Assembly: GCF_054482595.1 (NCBI RefSeq)
Contig: NZ_CM137008.1
DNA length: 64,000 bases
Reading direction: 5' to 3' (one strand)
The notes under the pieces are model-generated. The model was not told where the DNA came from. It was given only the letters and a program-made list of their open reading frames with translations, and did not search any database. Shown in pieces: positions 59,155-64,000 of the stretch. A program made the position numbers and the translations under genes. Within the stretch, counting starts at the first letter, position 1, and the number at the start of each line of letters is the position of its first letter.

Positions 59155-60774
59155 ATGGGCAACGCAATGCACTCTCTTAAGACACTTCTACAGTTACCTT
59201 GCGGATGGCGATGCAGTCGACAAATTATTAGCTCTGACGGTATAACCCTCCATCTCCACGGAAAACGCAAAACAGCACAATGTCCTGAATGCTTTAAGCG
59301 TAGCGACTCTGTTCATAGTTGTCGTCGGCGCCGGATACAGCATCTACCCTGCTCAGGGCAGACGCTATGGCTTGTATTTTCCGTCCGCCACTGGTACTGC
59401 CGTAACCCGGCTTGTTCACGTAAAATTTTTGCCGAGTCGCTTGCTCCCTTCGCCAGTTCACACCAGCAGTCTTCACAGGCGTTACAAAATTAACAACGTC
59501 AACTGGGATTAATAGCTGGAGGTGAGGCTGGAAAACGGGCTGCAACGGCAGTGGGTCTCCGTTGCAGTGCTGATACTCTTCTTCGCAGGCTTATCAATAC
59601 CCCGGAGACGAAACAGTCAGGCGCGCCTCATGTCGGTATTGATGAGTGGGCGTGGCATCGGGGCCACTGCTGCGGTATGTTAATAGTCAATCCTGATACT
59701 CACCGTCCCCTCGTCCTGCTTCCCGGCCGTGATCAGCGTACGCTGGCGACCTGGTTCAGAAAATATCCGGAAATACAGGTTGTCTCGCGTGATCGCAGTG
59801 GAGTCTATGCGACAGCAGCACGTGAAGGTGCACCTCAGGCCAGACAGGTGGCCGATCGATGGCACCTGCTAAAAAATATTGGTGATGAGCCTGAACGAAT
59901 GATGTACAGACATATGCCTCTGATACGTCTTGTTGTCAGAGAGTTATCACTGAAGAAATCACCTGAGCCAGAAATATCTGTGCCTGTAGCATCGCTCCGT
60001 CGTCTGGAACGCCTTAAACAGCACATCCGCAAAAAACGGCATCAGCGTTGGACAGAGGTTATGGCCCTGCATAACAAGGGATGTAGTTTCAGGGAAATAT
60101 CCCGTATTACAGGCCTGTCGCGAGTGACAGTCAGTCGCTGGGTGGGTTCAGGAACATTCCCTGAAATGTCAACCAGGCCTCCAAAGCGAGGGCTTCTGGA
60201 CCCATGGAGGGAGTGGTTAAAAGAGCAACGAGAATGTGGTAATTATAACTCCGGCCGGATATGGCGGGAAATGGTGGCCAGGGGGGTTACAGGCAGTGAA
60301 ACCATCGTCAGGGATGCTGTTGCCAAATGGCATAAAGGCTGGATCCCACCGGTTACTACTGCCGCAAGACTTCCTTCAGTGTCACGGGTAAGCCGCTGGT
60401 TGATGCCCTGGAGAATAATCAGGGGTGAAGAAAATTATGCTTTCCGATTTATTAGTCTGATGTGTGAAAAAGAACCGGAGTTGAAAATAGCGCAGCAACT
60501 GGTACTCGAGTTCTACCGTATTCTGAAAACCTAAAATAAATCACAGCTAAGCAGCTGGTTCACTCGGGTCCACGAAAGCGGCTCAGCAGAACTTCGGTGC
60601 GTAGCTGCGGGGATGGAAGCTGATGCTGCGGCTATATGTGAGGCAATCAGCAGTCGCTGGAGTACTGGTGTTGTCGAAGGTCATGTAAATCGCCTGAAGG
60701 TGCTGATACGCCAGATGTATGGTCGAGCCGGACTTGAACTACTTAGGCGGAGGGTAATGAGTCCACTGGCATGA
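59155..60774 (+). pseudogene. ISL3-family transposase, degenerate (split over three reading frames)
   Basis: Fragment 1 (59155-59493) zinc-finger N-terminus (CPECFKR...RRIQHLPCSGQ...RHWYCRNPACSRKIFAE); fragment 2 (59551-60534) DDE region (VGIDEWAWHRGHCCGML...VVSRDRSGVYA...ADRWHLLKN); fragment 3 (about 60540-60774) C-terminus (VVEGHVNRLKVLIRQMYGRAGLELLRRRVM). Confidence 0.5.
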
Positions 60775-60844
60775 AAATCTTCACCTAGGTTGAGGAAGAG
60801 CCACTTTTGCACTGTTCGTGACAGTATGGCCTTTATGTACTCAC

Positions 60845-61146
60845 TTTGTTACCGGTAGCTGGATCATCACTACCGTGCCGCAAATGGTGGTGAACAGCAT
60901 CAATTGTGGAATGAATGTTGCCGAAGCGACCAATGCGCCTCGTTTCCACCATCAGTGGTTGCCGGACGAGCTGCGTGTTGAAAAGGGTTTAGTCCGGATA
61001 CGCTCAAGCTGCTGGAAGCAAAAGGTCAGAAAGTGGCGCTGAATGAGGCGATGGGCAGCACGCAAAGCATTATGGTTGGGTCGGATGGTGAGTTGTACGG
61101 CGCATCCGACTCGCGCTTGGTGGATGATTTAACGGCGGGGTATTAA
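60845..61146 (+). pseudogene. ggt: Gamma-glutamyltranspeptidase 3' remnant with internal frameshift
   Basis: Encodes ...VTGSWIITTVPQMVVNSINCGMNVAEATNAPRFHHQWLPDELRVEKG, then after a 1-bp frame change FSPDTLKLLEAKGQKVALNEAMGSTQSIMVGSDGELYGASDSRLVDDLTAGY*; abuts the ISL3 remnant. Confidence 0.65.
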
Positions 61147-61153
61147 TTGACAT

Positions 61154-61176
61154 CCCCCGGCGCAATGTGCCGGGGG
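61154..61176. terminator. Bidirectional terminator-like hairpin between convergent genes
   Basis: cccccggc-gcaatgt-gccggggg, 8-bp GC stem. Confidence 0.4.
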
Positions 61177-61185
61177 ATAATGGTT

Positions 61186-62220
61186 TTATGCGGTCAATAA
61201 TCGTCCGGGATTATCGATACAGAGTTTTTTGAGGATCGTTTTATCGACGCCGCGCTCCGCCAGATAGGCCAGAAAAACATCTGGAACAAATCCCCAGCCA
61301 TTACCGCCATTTTTAGCCCACATTTGTTTAAGGAAGACATCGTGGCTGAGAACAAGCTGATCGGCGTATCCCAACTCAATGAGATGAGCGACGGCATCGG
61401 CAGTCTCCTGCACCCCTGGCGCTATTCCCTCTTTCGGGAAGGTAATGTCTAGGCCAATCATGTCGAATTCCAGCCAGACACCTTTATCAAGCATTTTCCG
61501 CTGATACGCCACGTCTTTTCCTGACGGATCCGAGTGTGCGAGAGAGACTTTATTTGGCGAGACGCCCATTTCACCTAACACAATGTCGAGTACTTCATCA
61601 CCGCGACGAAGCCAGCCCGGCATGTGAATATTCATCGCCACATGAGGATTGTTAATCTGTGCCAGCGAGGCAGCCCGCAAGCTGTTATGCTCGGCTTCGG
61701 TAAATGTCGGTGAGACACCTATTTCACCGATCATTCCGGCACGAATATCCGTATCGCCAATCCCTTGATTCAATTCTTTATCGATCGTTGTCGCTAGTTC
61801 ATCAACCGTTTTATGAATTCTCTGGCTTTCAAATTTTTCCAGGTAGGGACCGGAGGAAGCAACAATATTCAGACCTGTTTTTAATGCGACTTCTCGTAAT
61901 GCCTGCGCATCTCGTCCGATAGACTCAGACCCTGTGGCATCAACAATGGTGCGACCACCGAGCGAGATAAAGTTATTAATTTCGAAGATCACATCTTCAA
62001 TAGGTTTGCGGTCCATATTATCAGCGCAGCAATAAGGATCGTGTTTTAATGCCCACTGGATTTCTGCCGTGACTTTTTTATCAACAAGCCGTTGTGAAAA
62101 AGGATAGCAAGGAGCATCCACAACAGAGGAAAGATCGTTGAACAGATGTTCATGAGGAAGTGTTAGCCCCATATCTTCACGGGCGACGGGGCCCGTCACA
62201 GTTTGTAGATAATCTTTCAT
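61186..62220 (-). CDS. Phosphotriesterase-family (PTE/Php-like amidohydrolase) protein
   Basis: 344 aa; N-terminal metal-binding HxH (GLTLPHEHLF) and TIM-barrel hydrolase layout. Confidence 0.6.
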   Translation of the reverse strand: MKDYLQTVTGPVAREDMGLTLPHEHLFNDLSSVVDAPCYPFSQRLVDKKVTAEIQWALKHDPYCCADNMDRKPIEDVIFEINNFISLGGRTIVDATGSESIGRDAQALREVALKTGLNIVASSGPYLEKFESQRIHKTVDELATTIDKELNQGIGDTDIRAGMIGEIGVSPTFTEAEHNSLRAASLAQINNPHVAMNIHMPGWLRRGDEVLDIVLGEMGVSPNKVSLAHSDPSGKDVAYQRKMLDKGVWLEFDMIGLDITFPKEGIAPGVQETADAVAHLIELGYADQLVLSHDVFLKQMWAKNGGNGWGFVPDVFLAYLAERGVDKTILKKLCIDNPGRLLTA

Positions 62221-62222
62221 GA

Positions 62223-63188
62223 TTATACCTCCATTTTCTTCATTGTTTTCGAGGCTCTGTATTCCGGAATAGTGGTAACAATTGCACCGACCAGTGCAAA
62301 CAGTGTTCCGATGATCGTGACCAGATAAACGGTATTGCCCAGCGATGGAATTAATACGTCAATCAATACTGATCCCAGTAACTGGCCCGCCGTTGAAGCA
62401 ACCCCCAGCATCAGTAACCCAAGACCTCTGACCAAAATGGCCATTAAACCGATAGACATTAGTCCAAGCGGGCCGCCAAGATACATCCACCAGACATCTG
62501 GTAATTGAACAGTGACGTGCCCTAATGCGACACGAATAGCTAGCGCTGTGCCTAAAACACAAAATCCAACGATGAAATTCCAGGTGATTGAAACCAGCAT
62601 GGATCCCGTAGCTTCAGCTACTTTTGCATTTCCAGCGGGCTGCCATCCTGCAAGCAAACCAGCTAAGAACGGAAGAATGGCAAGTAAAATGAAAGAGGTA
62701 GAATGCCACTGCGGTGACACAACAAAAATCGTAGCAATAACCGCAAATAATGCACCGATGATGCGATAAGGGGTAAAGTATTTTTTCTCGTCGACACCGA
62801 TACCAAAGCGATCGCAAAGTAAACCAGACAGCAATAGCGCGGAGATCAGTGCGGTCTGAAACGTTGCGACCCCGAGTGCGCTGGCTGATGCGCCTTCAGA
62901 AAATACCACCATCGCTCCACAGAGACCGGCAAACCAGTTCCAGAGAGGAACTTTTCGGTTTTTAATCAGAGAAGGAATTGCCGCAAATTGTTGCCGGGTT
63001 TCTTTTCGCGCCATAATAATAAAAAACATCACGACTAAACCACTGGCAAAGGAGATAACTGCGCATGCATTACCGTCCTGTAACCAGTGACCTAATTGAC
63101 CATTCACCGCTGATTGCATAGGGGAGAGCATACCCGCAAGAATCGTGGCAAGCATCCATAAGGGAGTTGAGTACTTATTCTTTTTCAT
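62223..63188 (-). CDS. Polytopic inner-membrane protein (putative transporter)
   Basis: 321 aa, about 10 hydrophobic segments, internally duplicated appearance; 2-bp gap to the upstream gene. Confidence 0.5.
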   Translation of the reverse strand: MKKNKYSTPLWMLATILAGMLSPMQSAVNGQLGHWLQDGNACAVISFASGLVVMFFIIMARKETRQQFAAIPSLIKNRKVPLWNWFAGLCGAMVVFSEGASASALGVATFQTALISALLLSGLLCDRFGIGVDEKKYFTPYRIIGALFAVIATIFVVSPQWHSTSFILLAILPFLAGLLAGWQPAGNAKVAEATGSMLVSITWNFIVGFCVLGTALAIRVALGHVTVQLPDVWWMYLGGPLGLMSIGLMAILVRGLGLLMLGVASTAGQLLGSVLIDVLIPSLGNTVYLVTIIGTLFALVGAIVTTIPEYRASKTMKKMEV

Positions 63189-63244
63189 ACATCAATCCTT
63201 CTATTATAGTAAATGGAGTAACTGGTGTTACCCCATTATTATTA

Positions 63245-63976
63245 TTATCTTGCAATATGAGTCAGTATATTTACCCACAACGCGGTATAGAACGGCCAGG
63301 ACATAAACTGCTGTGTACCCCAGTGCGGTGAACAGTCACTCATAAAGCAGGCTATTTTCCCGTTGTGATAGTTACCAAAGACCAGTAATGGATCGTTGTT
63401 TATTGTTAATACCACCTCAGCATTTTCTTTAGCGATCGCCCGGTTATAACCTAGGAAAAAAGGATATTCAGAGAACCCTTTAATAACCGGATGGTCAGGT
63501 TGTGATGGCTGTGCAATAACCCCCTCTGGTTTTTCGACACGATCGTCACCATCTAACATCGTAACCGGGAGCACATCAGCCAGAACTGTATTTTTATAAT
63601 TGGCTTTTGCTTCAATTCCCATGAATGAGAGATAGCCGCCAATCATCAATAACCCACCACCGTTATTCACATATTCTTTAATCAGTTCGAGAGCGTTTGG
63701 TTTTATGCGAAGCTGATAAAAAGTATCATTTTGTAGCAGGAAAGTATTACTACCAATATCACTAATAACGATGGCATCATATTGTTCTAACTGTGCCACA
63801 TCTTCAGGGAAGGCAATTTGTACCGTATGTGCCGGCATATAGGTGACATCTACCTGACTATTTTTCAGACATTGGAGTAACCAGGTCGCACCTTCTTCAT
63901 ATTTACTTGAGGTAAAACTGTCATATCCTTTTGAATGAATCATATGAATATGCCAGGATTCTCCAATAAAGAGCAC
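63245..63976 (-). CDS. Hypothetical protein, possible class-I glutamine-amidotransferase-like fold
   Basis: 243-aa ORF with YDAIVISD...GGGLLMIGG; frame is open to the window end, so the true start may be GTG 63976, ATG 63943 or beyond the window. Confidence 0.35.
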   Translation of the reverse strand: MLFIGESWHIHMIHSKGYDSFTSSKYEEGATWLLQCLKNSQVDVTYMPAHTVQIAFPEDVAQLEQYDAIVISDIGSNTFLLQNDTFYQLRIKPNALELIKEYVNNGGGLLMIGGYLSFMGIEAKANYKNTVLADVLPVTMLDGDDRVEKPEGVIAQPSQPDHPVIKGFSEYPFFLGYNRAIAKENAEVVLTINNDPLLVFGNYHNGKIACFMSDCSPHWGTQQFMSWPFYTALWVNILTHIAR

Positions 63977-64000
63977 CTTTAGTGATTTTTTGGTGTTATT

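Overview
This window reads as an Escherichia coli chromosomal segment (identification from gene order and recognisable protein sequences, not from any search). It has three parts. (1) 1-19,900, plus strand: the 3' end of the colanic-acid cluster (wcaJ', wzxC, wcaK, wcaL, wcaM), a gne-like epimerase, galF, a JUMPstart/ops element, an AT-rich six-gene O-antigen cluster (wzx, two GT2 glycosyltransferases, wzy, a Stealth-family sugar-phosphate transferase, one more glycosyltransferase), gnd, an IS200-like element whose tnpA carries an in-frame TGA, ugd and wzzB. (2) 19,900-38,200: the complete his operon on the minus strand (hisL leader and attenuator, hisGDCBHAFI), then yefM-yoeB, yeeZ, yeeY, plaP, yeeE, yeeD, sbcB, dacD, sbmC, yeeA, yeeX. 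(3) 38,200-64,000: a CP4-44-like integrative island. Its backbone is conserved (yeeW-like, cbtA with a frameshift, cbeA, yeeT, yeeS/RadC-like, antirestriction protein, DUF932 protein, YeeP-like GTPase). The cargo slot that holds flu (Ag43) in K-12 instead carries a translationally coupled operon: dynamin-like large GTPase, a 301-aa helical protein and a patatin-like phospholipase, followed by two small exported proteins. This operon is the best candidate for an undescribed system (possibly antiphage defence or membrane remodelling). It sits behind an intergenic region with three clustered GATC sites that resembles a Dam/OxyR phase-variation switch. Further left-to-right: a 387-aa unknown protein, an intact IS100 with a 5-bp target duplication, an AlpA-like regulator next to a 14-G homopolymer, a YagK/YfjJ-family gene, two tandem zinc-ribbon paralogs, a degenerate ISL3-family transposase, a frameshifted ggt 3' fragment, and three minus-strand genes (phosphotriesterase-family, membrane protein, unknown). 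No CRISPR array, rRNA or tRNA was seen.
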